Shown here one piece after another: positions 1-12,239 of a DNA stretch of 64,000 bases. The number at the start of each line of letters is the position of its first letter. Position 1 is the stretch's first letter. Source of the stretch: Eledone cirrhosa (lineage: Eukaryota); NCBI GenBank assembly GCA_964016885.1, contig OZ024743.1, forward strand, positions 196,912,001-196,976,000, written 5' to 3'. The notes under the pieces are model-generated. The model ran no database searches. It was not told where the DNA came from and was given only the letters and a program-made list of their open reading frames with translations. A program made the translations under genes and the position numbers.

Positions 1-183
1 CACATGTTGTCCCAGCGTCTAGCCGTCCTATACTCATGCCGCCAGAAATAGCAGCCGTTTATATGGGACTAAAAAATTTAGCTCAACATATGGAGCCGAT
101 AATACTATATATAGAGCCCATATAAACGGCTGCAATTTCTGGCGGCATTAGTATAGGACGGCTAGACGCTGGGACAACATGTG
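1..183. repeat. Long inverted repeat / hairpin (MITE-like)
   Basis: 1-67 is the reverse complement of ~117-183 with about 2 mismatches, around a ~50 bp spacer; may extend left of the window. Confidence 0.9.
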
Positions 184-589
184 CGTTCAACAACACATTT
201 TCTCTCAGTCTTCCTAAGTATTTTGAGGTGAAACATACCTATTTCTGGATACCTGCAGCTGAGCACAGAAATGGAATTTTCACTTATTGTTGCGAAACAG
301 ATTTGAGTTTTGAAATTTAAATTTGTCCAGGTATCACGGCTATTGCCAATATGGGTTTGTTTTTATTGATTTATTATTTTAAATCGAGACAGGCAAACTG
401 TATTAATTTAATTAGTATTTTTCAATCTAGCTAACTTGGTCATTTGCAATACAAACACTTATATACTTGTATTAGTGTTTATCATATATTAATTTGTATA
501 TATATATCTTTGTGTGTGTGTGTGTGTGTGTGTACGAAGCATCAAAAACATCAGATGCTTCGGGAAACTCTTATCCCTATGAAGGGATT

Positions 590-770
590 TTTGGGGAGAG
601 GCAAGTCTATTAAATCGACCCCAGTTCATTACTGGTACTTTATTTTATTGACTCCGTAAGGATGAAAGACAAACCTAACCTGGATGGGATTTGAACTCAG
701 AGCATGGAAAATCGTAACTAAATAGTGCAAAGAGTTTTGTTCGACGCTCTAACAACTGTGCCAATCCACC
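590..770 (-). mobile_element. tRNA-head SINE, family A (MetaSINE-like)
   Basis: Reverse complement has A/B-box-like head (GAGTTCAAATCC) and the ctttcatccttacggngtcnataaaataaagtaccagt body shared with many other copies in the window. Confidence 0.85.
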
Positions 771-1620
771 ACTATTCAAATTATTAATTAATATTAATAA
801 ACTCTCCTTCGGCCATTAGCTCTCCTGCGTTGGAATTCCATTATTTCTACATGAAATGGCCATTTATTTCAGTTAACAGTAATTTTAATGCTTCATAATT
901 TTTGTTAGCATTTTCACCATTTACTCTCATAGAATTAATCAATAATCTGATTAGTATCTCCATCAAAATGTTCTCTCATTATTTTATCATCGCTATACTG
1001 CTATGGTTTCTCTATAGTTTTCTGTATAATTCTGTTGTGATTTTAATTCAGAGCGACTAACAATTCACACTGCAGCTGTCATTAATTGTAATTACGTGAT
1101 TTCCAGCTTCCGTGTTGAAATTTGGAAACTAAACAATATTTTTTTTCTTTTTCAGTACATTGAACTTTCTTCTGAACAAACATAGCAACGACTAATTTAT
1201 CTCATCGATTTATAATCAATTTTGCAAGATATGTCGAATGATGATTTAGCGGAAATGATAGAGCACCAGATCGGACCTTTGGCACACATACGAGCTGTCT
1301 TCACTCTGTTGCCTTTTACTACCGCCATTACTGTGGCATTTTCTCTTTGGAGTCGGCTGATCCTATATCACACCAAATCAAGCACTCCCGGCTTATTTCA
1401 TCTCTCTCTCTTTTTTTTTTCTTTCATCATCCATATCGTGTGAATCAGTCTGTATATTCAATCTTTCATAGAACGCTGAGCCTCTGAAGTTTCCAATCCT
1501 GCATATGAAGAAAATGGAAAAAAAAAACAAAAAAAAACTAAACGTAATATATCCTGTTATGAGTCATTACATGAATCTGAGGCACCAAATAGTTGCTCCA
1601 ATATCAACTGTTTTAAGAAG

Positions 1621-2138
1621 TTTAGTGGTTGGTGTTTCACTCCGTCAGGGTCACCAATTTAGTGTAATATCTACGTAACTATAACAACTAATTTTTATTA
1701 AAAAACGGACAAGATATTTTTACATAACACCATGTCGAATGAGAATTAATTCCCATTACAAAGGTAATGATAAAACGTAAGCAGTTTCTCGGAACGAGTA
1801 TCAATATAAGTCTTCATTTTATTGTAGCTCCATGTTATAATTGTTGTAAACAAATATTCTCGTACATAATTAGGCATAGTCCAGATCCATGATAGGTGGT
1901 TAGAGAAAAGTTAACATGCTTGTCTTCAGTGTTGTCAATTCGAAGGAAGGCGCCAAAAGAGAGTATACCTTTGGCGTAACCATGCCTGGCCTTAAGCCAG
2001 GCGGCCAAGAGGTGAATAAGAGAGAGATAGCTTTGAGCTCTCTCCTTTATAATTCCCTGGACGGAAGTTACAAAGAAGGTTCTGGAATTTCAACGGGAAG
2101 TAACTCCAGCTACTTCCCTTGGTCTAGAGAGCGCTACA
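1621..2138 (-). repeat. 3' LTR
   Basis: Near-identical to 4398-4915; begins TGTAGCGC and ends CACTAAA on the minus strand. Confidence 0.93.
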
Positions 2139-3000
2139 AGACTTCCCTCTCAGACGAGAAGTCGAATGACCAAATGAAATCATTGTAGCGAGAACATGAG
2201 GAGCAAAACAAAAGGTACAAGAACATGAATGAATCAAACATGAGCAAGCAAATAGCAAAAATTAGCATAAAAGAAGTAATGCATTTTTACAAAGAATGTT
2301 TGAATGTAACAAATGATAAATCATAGTCATACAAAGGAGCAGAGAATATTGATGCTCAATGGTAAAATCAATGTTTTTCAAAGTCAAATAGTTCATACAT
2401 CACTACTGTACAGACTTTTCTGACACTAGTTCTATCTGAAAACTGAAAAAGAAGAGGTATGTTATGCCACTGGAGTTTTCGTGACCATTTTTACAGAGTT
2501 GAGTTGAGTTGAGATAACATGTCAAACAAACAGTAACAAACAAAATTAAGAGTTTTAAGCAGAGGAGTGCACGGTCTACTGGCAAGTAGCTTTGCTACAA
2601 TACCCACTGTTTAGACCAGAAGAGTGAAAAATAAGAAAAAGTGAATTCGGACACGTCACCAATGTGAAAACGCTGAAAAAGAGCACATCAATAAAAAAAA
2701 AACGAATGAATGAATGAATGAATGCAAGAAGAAAATTATGAATAAGGCGCTAAGGGGCCAGTGTTATGTATGCCGCTGTGTCAAATGACTAGCTGTTTGC
2801 TATTTATAACATGACCACCCAGGGTCTAATAGAAAACAAATAAAGTCTGACATGGGCGAAAATCTGCATGTTTTCAAAGTTGCTGTTCTTGCATTAATTG
2901 TTAAAAAAGTTGTTGTTGGCGGTGGCGGTAACTACCACTTCTGTTATGTTGCTGTGAAATCGCCGTTGGTGTTGTGGCTGTAGTTGTTGTGGTAAATGTT

Positions 3001-3984
3001 TTACCAGTAGCTGTTGTTGATGATGATGTTGTTCATGTCCAAAGATTCCAATGTAGGTTGGTCAGTTGCAATGGCAACTAAATCGATATGTGCAGGAGAC
3101 GCAAGAGAACACACAGAAAGTCGAGATAGTGCGTCCGCAGGTATGTTGGCAGTTCCAGCTATGTGACGAATGTCACTGGTATACTGTGAGATGAGATCCA
3201 GATGCCTATACGCTCTCGGAGAGTACTTGTCGGACTTGGATTGTAAAGCGAACGTTAACGGCTTGTGGTCCGTGAATATCGTGAACTCCCGCCCCTCCAA
3301 AAGGTGGTGGAAGTGCTTCAGGGCAAGATAAATCGCCAAAAGTTCTCTGTCAAAGGTGCTGTATCTCTGTTCTGCTGGTTTTAATTGGCGAGAGAAAAAT
3401 TCCAATGGTTGAACTTGGTGATCGATTACATGATGCAAAACTGCGCCAACAGCACGATCAGATGCATCAACAGATAAGGAAAGTCTCGCATTTGCAACAG
3501 GATGGACAAGGAAGGAAACTTTAGCTAGCTCAGACTTGACGGATTTAAAAGACTGCAATGCATCGGCAGAAAGTGAAATTTGTTCATCTTTCTTTTTTGC
3601 AGCCCTTAAAAACTGTGTCAAGGGGAATAACTTTTCCGCACAGTTAGGGATAGAGCGACGATAAAAGTTAATTAATCCCCCAAAATGGCGTAATTGTTTT
3701 AAGTATGTTGGTGGTGCAATCTGGAACAAGTGGTCTGGGTGAGCCAGTAGAGATATCGCAGAGAATTTTTCCTTCAGAAGATAGAAGAGGTAAATATTCC
3801 AATTTGCAGCAGGAGAACTGGTCAGAGGAAATGTCCAGCGAATCCAAAGTAGGTTGGTCAATGTTGAAGAAAAACAGTTGAGCGCAGTGATCTGAGTAAG
3901 TAAAGATAAGTTTCTTTTAAGTAGCTGACCGCAGAACGAACGTGCATAAACATGCCCAGCAAGTGACGTCAATTTACGACGCAA
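3001..3984 (-). pseudogene. Gypsy pol remnant (RT thumb/connection + RNase H)
   Basis: LRHFGGLINFYRRSIPN, SVDASDRAVGAVL, FFSRQLKPAEQRYSTFDRELLAI, FTDHKPL and NIPADALSR are Ty3/gypsy RNase H motifs; no RT palm or integrase. Confidence 0.92.
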
Positions 3985-4397
3985 GGTGTCGCAATTTTTT
4001 TACTGGTATTAATAAAGTAGCTCGTGGCCGAACTATTCTTTGAGATGAAAGCAATGAGTGTGTTGGTAAAATCCACCGCGCGGGAAAATTACGAAACGAA
4101 GAAGACAAGCTGGCTGCTCGAAAATGAAAGAGGAAGGCAGCAGTCGCCATATTGGTTGTTGGTCTTAAACAAAAGCTTGGTTGAACGAGAAAGACACGAG
4201 GTGTAATTTTCAGTAAAAGAAATATCATGTTCAAAAATGAAAGAGTCCAACTTAATGAATGGTTCGTAGTAAGTTGTAACGAAAGTATAAACAGCCAAGT
4301 TAGAAGCATTTGAACGTTATCACCACGTGAGGTGAGAATAGAAAATTTTTTTTTTCTTCATTCTTCAGTTGGTGTTATTTTACGCCAGGGTCACCAT

Positions 4398-4915
4398 TTT
4401 AGTGGTTGGTGTTTCACTCCGTCAGGGTCACCAATTTAGTGTAATGTCTACGTAACTATAACAACTAATTTTTATAAAGAAAAGGATAAGATATTTTTAC
4501 ATAACACCATGTCGAATGAGAGTTAATTCCCATTACAAAGGTAATGATAAAACGTAAGCAGTTTCTCGGAACGAGTATCAATATAAGTCTTCATTTTATT
4601 GTAGCTCCATGTTATAATTGTTGTAAACAAATATTCTCGTACATAATTAGGCATAGTCCAGATCCATGATAGGTGGTTAGAGAAAAGTTAACATGCTTGT
4701 CTTCAGTGTTGTCAATTCGAAGGAAGGCGCCAAAAGAGAGTATACCTTTGGTGTAACCATGCCTGGCCTTAAGCCAGGCGGCCAAGAGGTGAATAAGAGA
4801 GAGATAGCTTTGAGCTCTCTCCTTTATAGTTCCCTGGACGGAAGTTACAAAGAAGGTTCTGGAATTTCAACGGGAAGTAACTCCAGCTACTTCCCTTGGT
4901 CTAGAGAGCGCTACA
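4398..4915 (-). repeat. 5' LTR
   Basis: Direct repeat of 1621-2138, followed on the minus strand by the PBS. Confidence 0.93.
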
Positions 4916-5162
4916 GAAGTATTATTTAATTCTAAGAAAATATTCAAGTGTTATTGTTTTTCTAAAATATATTAAATAACATTAGCAGCAAATGCTATAT
5001 AACACGAGGTCCCTTGGGAAAAGAAAAGAAAAAACCTCAACGTGATATAGATTCTTGGCCGACTCAGTTTCATTTCCTTTAAACTACTAACGCCTTTGTG
5101 AAAGGTATAAATATCACAATAGCTATTCACATTGCTAACAAAATAAAGGACATTTCTGGGTT

Positions 5163-5280
5163 TGTAAAATATTCAATATTCTATGCCCTCTCTACATGTA
5201 AAATACTCAATATGCGATGCCCTCTCTATATGTAAAATACTCAATATGCGATACCCTCTCTATATGTAAAATATTCAAAA
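5163..5280. repeat. 34 bp minisatellite, ~3.4 copies
   Basis: tgtaaaata(t/c)tcaa unit starts at 5163, 5197, 5231, 5265. Confidence 0.9.
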
Positions 5281-5921
5281 TTATTTTTCAATATTCGATC
5301 CCCCTCCTCATCAACTCGTACTCTTCTTGATGATGAGTGCACCCGCATCGGCGTACCCCCCTCCCCATTATTTGGGACCCGAGAGTATTTTTTTTTTCTT
5401 TTTCGTTTTTTTTTTATATTCCATTATCTGAGACTAGCAGAAAAACTACCCTTCCAATGGTTTTCTGCTAGCATGTGTAGTGTGCATATTGATATTATAC
5501 GCAAGTATATATGCATGTAGATATGATACATTAAATAAAATCGTAATTGACACAGAAATTGAACGAAGACTGTTACACTGTCTTATGTAATCAGTAACGT
5601 AATCCAAGATATATTTTAAAAAGACGATATTATATATAAACTGCATTAGGAGAAAATTAGTGACGGAAATATATGAATGTTTATTTAAGCGATCGCTAAC
5701 CGGAAGTGTTGACATTTGAAAATTTTAAATAAGTGAATCTTAAAATAAGCAACAAAATTATTTATATTTAATCAAGAATAACGAAATTTAGAAGATAAAT
5801 TTTATAATATTCATTCATTATTTATTCAAAGTAATCCAACTTATTTTACAAACAGGATAAAAAAATATATTCTGGACGTAGTCCCACACTCCTTACATTA
5901 TTATAGTTTAGATACACTTAC

Positions 5922-6283
5922 ATTACAAAACTATAATCACAAAACAGAACATTATCGATATTGTAAGTAATCTCTCTGCTTCTAAAATATTTGCAGATCT
6001 GCGCTAAAAGTCTTAAGCTCCGAATTTTAATGTTCAGTCTGCCAGGGAAACGGCTTCTCCATTCTGTCCGCCGGGACTGTGGGGAGGCCAGCACGTGGGA
6101 CCCCATTTGCTCACCATACAGAGAGATGGAGGCAATGACAGTGGGAGTTCCGCTCTTCCACGTTCGGACCATATCCTTGTGGCTGTGTCCATTATCTATA
6201 GAGTTCATTCTCCCGAATCTTATCTTATGTTGACACTTTACTTTCTCAAACGATATTTTTCTCAACTCATCTGTTCCGAACAT
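5922..6283 (-). CDS. Candidate first coding exon of an unidentified gene
   Basis: ATG in CAACATG context, 120 open codons in GC-richer non-repetitive DNA, and the in-frame stop lies inside a GTAAGT donor (5921-5916). No recognisable domain. Confidence 0.25.
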
Positions 6284-6365
6284 GTTGGTTTATGTTATAC
6301 CTCCACGAGAACTAACCCAATACTCAATGATGGAACTTCTACGCATTCGCTCGGTTTGTTATAAA

Positions 6366-6552
6366 TCACTTCTGATTAAGGCACAAGGCCAACAATGTTG
6401 GGGGAGGGGAAGTCGATTAAATCAACACCAGTGTGTTACTGGTACTTTATTTTATCGACCCCGTAAGGATGAAAGGCAAAGCTAACCTCGGCGGAATTTG
6501 AACTCAGAACGTAAAGGGTCGTAACTCTATGCCACGAAGCATGGGTCCGACG
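6366..6552 (-). mobile_element. SINE family A
   Basis: Same body/head as 50020-50204. Confidence 0.88.
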
Positions 6553-6771
6553 TTAAATAAATTGAATTATGCCATTTTGAAACACACACCACAAACACAC
6601 ATTATGTATTTATTCCTAGATACACGATGTCCGAAAATAGGGTACACGAGTCTGTGGAATGCTCAGCCACTTACACTTTCATGAGTAGGCTATTATGTTG
6701 GTCGAACAACCGGAACACTCATCATTGGAACAAACAGTGACCCATGATATGAACTTATTATGTTAATACAC

Positions 6772-7099
6772 CTTCTTCTTCCAGCGGGTCCTGTCAGAAG
6801 CAACCAACCCCTACTAATCCGGCTGGATCCCCAAGCGAGACCAGCCAAAGCTCATTGATGTTATCCAACCATCTTGCTTGGGGTTTACCCCTGCGTCTCC
6901 TGCCAGTTGATTTTGGCCGTAAAATCTGTCCAGCGATTCTTTCCTGAGACATTGTAACCACATGCCCATAGTATAAGAGCTGTCTTCTCTCAATTCGGAG
7001 AAGTAGCGGCTTTACGTGGAGTGCCTCTCTTATCTTCGAGCTATGCATTCTATCGAGTAACGTTACCCCAAAGAGCCATCGGCACTGACCACCTGACAT
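6772..7099 (-). mobile_element. RTE LINE 3' fragment
   Basis: IERRQLLYYGHVVTMSQERIAGQIL...GRRRRGKPQARWLDNI is the RTE C-terminal motif; related pieces at 7380-7540 (+) and ~53040-53380 (+). Confidence 0.8.
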
Positions 7100-8939
7100 G
7101 CAAAGGCATGATTGGAAGGAATGGTGACCCCGATGTTAATACACTAATATACGCAATTCTTCACTTCGAGGACAGTCATTCTTTGGAATATCCTTTTCAC
7201 AAGACAATGAAAGAACTTTTTGCAGGGTTACTAAATCTGTTCAGTGTAATGACAAACAACTCTATCAATTTTAAAGACGAGATGTTTAGAATTTTCTGTG
7301 AATGGTATAATTGCTTCTTCGATCTATTTGGCAGAAAAAATCCTTTCTTCTTTCTCTTTTAAGTATTATATTTATAATCTAAGAGCAAGGTGGTTAGATA
7401 ACATCCATCAGCTCGGCTGGTCTCGCTTGGGGATCCAGCTGGATCAATTGGTAACGGTTGCTTCTGATAGGACACGCTAGAAGGAGTGTTTGAGAACTCT
7501 TCCCCCAAGACCCTCTCACGAATAAGTATGAGAAGAAGATGATGAGAGCCCTAGCATAGTATATTCTCTTATGAGATCGATGATTTTACCAAGTGTAGAG
7601 GTATCTCTTGATTAATCAATCACCTGTGAATATAAAATGCACCATTCTCAATATAGCCAAACATTGTATCGTCTGGCACCTTACATGTGTTCTTATTTGT
7701 CATGTAGTTTATTTATTTTGTTAAATATCATTAAATGTTGGCCTCATTTCTACACAGCATTTTTGTCTGACAAACAATTTATAATTGAATACTTTTGTTG
7801 CAATTGGAATAAATAAATATAAGTTTTAATTTGAAGTTGACGAAACGCATTCAGAGAAATTGAGAAATCAGGCATAATTATGCCAGCTGTGCATACCAAT
7901 TCCACTCACACATATCAGAATTAAGTAAGAAGTCTGGAGTGTTAGCCAATGAAAACCTGTCACTTTTACATTTTCCTTTTTCTCCCTTATAACCAATCGT
8001 AGTTTGGCCCTAAATACAAAATCCTACATAAACTTTGCAGCTAAAAATAAAGATAATTTCGAAATTCTTTCCTCGCTATCCATTTCAGATTCTGTGAAAC
8101 GATGCGAGGGATAAATTACTAAGAAATTACGACTATGATGAATGATATGGAAAGTCAATGTAACATTTTATAAGTTAAACTTTTCTTTTTCCTTTTCTTA
8201 TGCATAATCCGCTTTCCATTTGAAATTTTTATGAACATTTTTTTTCTATTTTTCTCCCCTTATTATTTTTTTTATTACTTGTCTCACTAGCTCTTTTTGA
8301 TAAGAGTACTCGATACTTCCAACTGTAAAGAGTACTCGATACTTCCCCTAGTCTGTCATGGCTTATTAGCTCTATATGGACGTTTAAATTGATTAAATAA
8401 GTAAATAAATATGAAGTTTATTGTGGTAGGAAGTGACTTAAAATAACGCTAATACTTTGACAGCTTATTTATATAATGAAGGATGGTGATGAGGTTAAAA
8501 AAGTTGAGAATTTGAAACAGCAAGTCATCCAAGCAGTGATTCACAGATATCAGGTCGTCTAAGAGTTAACCCACTCCTTATATCGTAAGGGTACCATTGG
8601 GAAAGGTATGTAATGCATCTAGAAAAACTTATTCTGGAGGAAATAAATTAGAACGTATTTTTTAGAATATTGATTCTCATACGACAGGCACTTTCTATCG
8701 TCATTACTAAGAGTCGGGTATCATGGACAAATCATATGTCCATAACTCTCATCGGGAAAAAAGTGACACCGGTGGGTCCCGATTTCTCGTTCGACCATTA
8801 CTCAGAAGCTGGTTACCGAGCCGCAGCTTATCCGCTTTCATCGCTAGGATAAAACCGTTGGCCACGTGATAGGTTGTCACCTAAGTAACCAAGGAGTCCT
8901 ATTTTCCTGCCAGCCAAGGTTAACGAGTTCTATCTCCTC

Positions 8940-9140
8940 TTATTGAATGACTGTTTACTCTCCCGGGTTCCTCTGCCCTTTTACTGGTTTTGTTTCTCAT
9001 CCCGCAAGGTATCCAAAAGTCACCCTCCTCACCAAGCAAGCTTGATGGGGTTGTTGATTTAATCGTCAACAACCCAACCAAATAACAAGTTGTACTGAGT
9101 TCATGTTATAAGTAGTGATCGAGAAGCTACCTGATCATAT
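8940..9140 (-). mobile_element. Repeat homologous to 14807-15005 (probable RTE 5' UTR)
   Basis: Shared aaccccaNcaag...cttggtgaggagggtga...aaacaaaacc block. Confidence 0.6.
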
Positions 9141-9279
9141 CATTGTACATGGGGCACAAGGTAGGAGTTTTAACCAGTAGAAAAATTGGGGAGAAATTTC
9201 AGATAGGGAAGGAACTCCGAACTAGGAAAGACATAATCTGTGTGTAGTGTGTGTGTGTGTGGAGGCGGGGGGGGGGGGC

Positions 9280-9585
9280 ACGCTTCGCAACCACAAGGTC
9301 CTGGGTTCTATGCAACTGCGTGGTATCTTGGGCAAGTGTATCTTGGGCAACCCTACCTTGTGAGTGAAATTGAGTAGACAGAAGCTGTTTGGAAGCTCGT
9401 CGAGTGAACTGTATCTGTAATTCAAAAAGCCATGTCACACACGGTTTCAGGCTGAGTCTCCGTGAGAATTACTTTAAGAGTACTCGTGTCTATGCAATGT
9501 TCTGCCTTTTACGTTAATTTCAAAAGTAAGCGGATCCGTTGACCGAACAGCTGGAACAATCATCATCGAAACCGATGGAGGCCCA
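9280..9585 (+). mobile_element. SINE family C (tRNA head + Nin/Deu-like body)
   Basis: Head aaccacaaggtcctgggttc..., cttgggcaagtg body; tail similar to 6640-6745. Confidence 0.6.
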
Positions 9586-9823
9586 TTCTACGTATTTATG
9601 TATCTAAGATATTCATTACCACTGTGGGAGTAGGCATGAAAATTTACTCTCAAACCAAAATGGCACAGACAACCGAAACCCAGCTCTTGGCCTTCTCATT
9701 GCGGAGATGTTTAAAACTGACAGGGGGCAACAGTGAGATACTGGTGCCTTAAAATCATTTTCATCAAGTAGACAGAACTCTTCAGCCTTGGGTGGCAGTC
9801 TGACTAGGAAATGGGTCACTATT

Positions 9824-10533
9824 TGAGTTCAAATCCCGTCGAGGTTAACTTTGCCTTTCATCCTTACGGGAGTCGATAAAATAAAGTACCAGTAATGTAC
9901 TGGGTATTTGCTGGCCTTGTGCCAAAAGTAGAAACAACTATTGTTTCAAAACCAGAGCAGATGGGACTCCTTAGTCATAGTTATGACAACCCATCTGTGC
10001 GCGGAAACTAAAAAAAATTACCCTCGCCATGCTGCCAATAACAAGCACACGAACCAGTTTCATTTTATTTCAGTTTTATTATTAGAAAGACAAGGGGGCC
10101 GGTGAATTGGCAGTATTGGTAGAGCGTCGGAGAACATGCTTTGCGGTTTATAGTTACGGTCCTTTACATTCTGAGTTCAAATCCAGCGAATTTAACTTCG
10201 CGTTTCATCCTTGCGTGGTCGATAAACTATACTACTAATGACGCACTGGAATCGATTAATGGATTTTCCCCGCTCTCCCCAAATTGCTGGCCTTGTAGAA
10301 ATCATTATTAGAAAGACAAGGGTGGTGGGTTAGCAATATCGGTAGAACGTCGGGCAGCATGCTGTGCAGCAAGAGTTACGGCCCTTTACGTTCTGCGTTC
10401 AAATCCAGCCGAGGCTATCTTTGCCTTTCATCCTGACGTGTTCGACAAAATAAAGTACCAGTAATGTACTGGGGATGATTGAATCGACCCCTCCCCCCTA
10501 AAAAATTGCTGGCCTTGTGCCTAAATCGGAAAT
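9824..10533 (+). mobile_element. Cluster of three SINE family A copies
   Basis: Partial copy 9824-9940 and tandem copies ~10096-10302 and ~10320-10533, each flanked by attattagaNagaca. Confidence 0.85.
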
Positions 10534-10886
10534 CATTATTAGACAGACATTAAGGGGTAAAAAATCAGATCGAAGAACAAACTTAGAGAAGCAAGATAAT
10601 CATTGACAAAGTCACAGAATGTGAGACAGATCTGCCAACCTCTAAAAACCCAAATGGAGAGTACCATGAAAAAAAAGTGCCCTAAAACGGGGAGAAATGA
10701 GGAGATTTTTACATAATGAAAGCTATAGCCATTTTCACAAGAGAAGACATCTCTCACCCGCAGCAAAGTGGGTGAGAAATCTCTCCGTCGGGCGAGGATA
10801 GTTGACAAGTCCGGTGAGATGAAAGAGCTTTAGAAATTAAATAACCCCCCGGCGTATGGGTTAGTTACTTCACTAATAATAAAATA

Positions 10887-11212
10887 GGCACTACAACGCT
10901 ATTAGCTGTCAGTCGTGAAAGCAGGAGAAGGTGACGTCATTCGTCATCGTTTATTTCCGTATTACTACCACCACGCGTACGTGGAGTTTTCACGCGTTTT
11001 TTATTTTTTTTATTAAAGCATATCGATGTAAGTGGAGTTACTTAAATGAAAATATAGGTGGCCCTTAAAAGGGCCAAATTAGAAAACAAATTTAAGTTAA
11101 TTAGAAAACAAGTCATGGTTATCAATGTAGAAAACAAGTCATTCATAAATTTAAGTTTTATAATCAAATTTTTTTCACCAACAAATATGACAGCTAATAG
11201 CGTTGTAGTGCC
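10887..11212. mobile_element. MITE with 25 bp perfect TIRs, carrying a histone-type stem-loop
   Basis: GGCACTACAACGCTATTAGCTGTCA (10887-10911) and its reverse complement (11188-11212); second partial copy inverted at ~48395-48598. Confidence 0.85.
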
Positions 11213-11246
11213 CGCAATTCTGTATCTTTACGTATATTGCGCATAG

Positions 11247-11540
11247 ACACGAGGGTTGACAAAGATACTCTCATGGAATGTGACCAAATGAGGTTTATTT
11301 TTCAACATAGTCTCCCTTGCGTTCCACACACTTCTTCCATCGGTGTTGCAGTACTGAGATCAATGTTTTCCTCGGTAGTAGCAGTTGTAGGACGTCCAGA
11401 CATTGGGTCATCTTCAAGAATCCCCTATCCTTTCCTAAATTCGGCTGCCCACTTTTGCACAAAGGAAAATTATGGTACAATATTGTATGGTCTGCTTATA
11501 GCATTATCCATCTTTCAAAAATGAAGGTCCACATTTCGTC
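11247..11540 (-). mobile_element. Internally deleted Tc1/mariner remnant
   Basis: Minus strand reads VQKWAAEFRKG..LEDDPMSGRPTTATTEENID (HTH region) fused to LQHRWKKCVERKGDYVEK (mariner C-terminus). Confidence 0.85.
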
Positions 11541-12239
11541 GACTTCAATACATTTTATTACATTTTATTGTATTGTAAACATTAACTTTTATGGACATTT
11601 TATTACAAAATTTCAATTTAGTTCGATTTTTTGGAATTTATTTAACAAACATGGAAAAATAAGAAAAAGAATAAAATAAAAAATAATTTGATTGCTTTTA
11701 ATAAAGAAGATAGAGTGGAACTGATTTCCAGGTCATACTAATGAAACAAGGTTTTTTTCCATTACTGATATTATCTGTCTGCCGCAAGTCCTGGTAGAAG
11801 ATGCTACACGAACTAAAGTATTTTACTGAAGGACGCAACATGCTGCAGGATCGAAGAAACGAGCCCATGACTTTATAATCGTTAGTCCAGAACCGTAATC
11901 CCTAAGGCATGTGCCTTCACAGAGCAAAGGTAAATCATATTATAACAGATTAGATGGGTACTATGTTAGATATTACTGTGTCATATTATACCAAAGAGGA
12001 AGTGTGCTGTATAATAAACATTGATATCAGGTTGATTCAATAACTACCCGGTCCCAAATATGAGCCCATGAACTTATGGTCGTCAGTCAAACACTTTAAC
12101 CATTGTATGTATGTATACACGTATGGATGGATGGATGGATGTATGTATGTATGTATGTATGTATACATGTATGTATGGATGGATGGATGTATGCATGTAT
12201 CTATACATGTATATATGTAAGTATGTATGCGTGTATGAG

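Larger units (their letters stand above)
1621..4915 (-). mobile_element. Internally deleted Ty3/Gypsy LTR retrotransposon (CsRn1/Kabuki-like, tRNA-Trp PBS)
   Basis: 518 bp direct repeats 1621-2138 and 4398-4915; 4 bp TSD GAAG (1617-1620, 4916-4919); minus-strand PBS TGGTGACCCTGGCGT at 4396-4382; polypurine tract GAGAGGGAAG just before the 3' LTR; RNase H remnant inside. Confidence 0.93.

Noticed and set aside
1222-1443. Short hydrophobic ORF near an acceptor-like TTTTCAG (1155)
   Set aside because: No ATG, no homology recognised, no clear donor.
1916-2188. 90 aa ORF, duplicated at 4693-4929
   Set aside because: Lies antisense within the LTRs; no domain; the duplication is explained by the LTR.
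10539-10808. Hydrophobic 89 aa minus-strand ORF
   Set aside because: Non-ATG start, no recognisable domain, no convincing splice pair.
11057-11075. Histone gene
   Set aside because: Stem-loop present but no histone ORF upstream on that strand.
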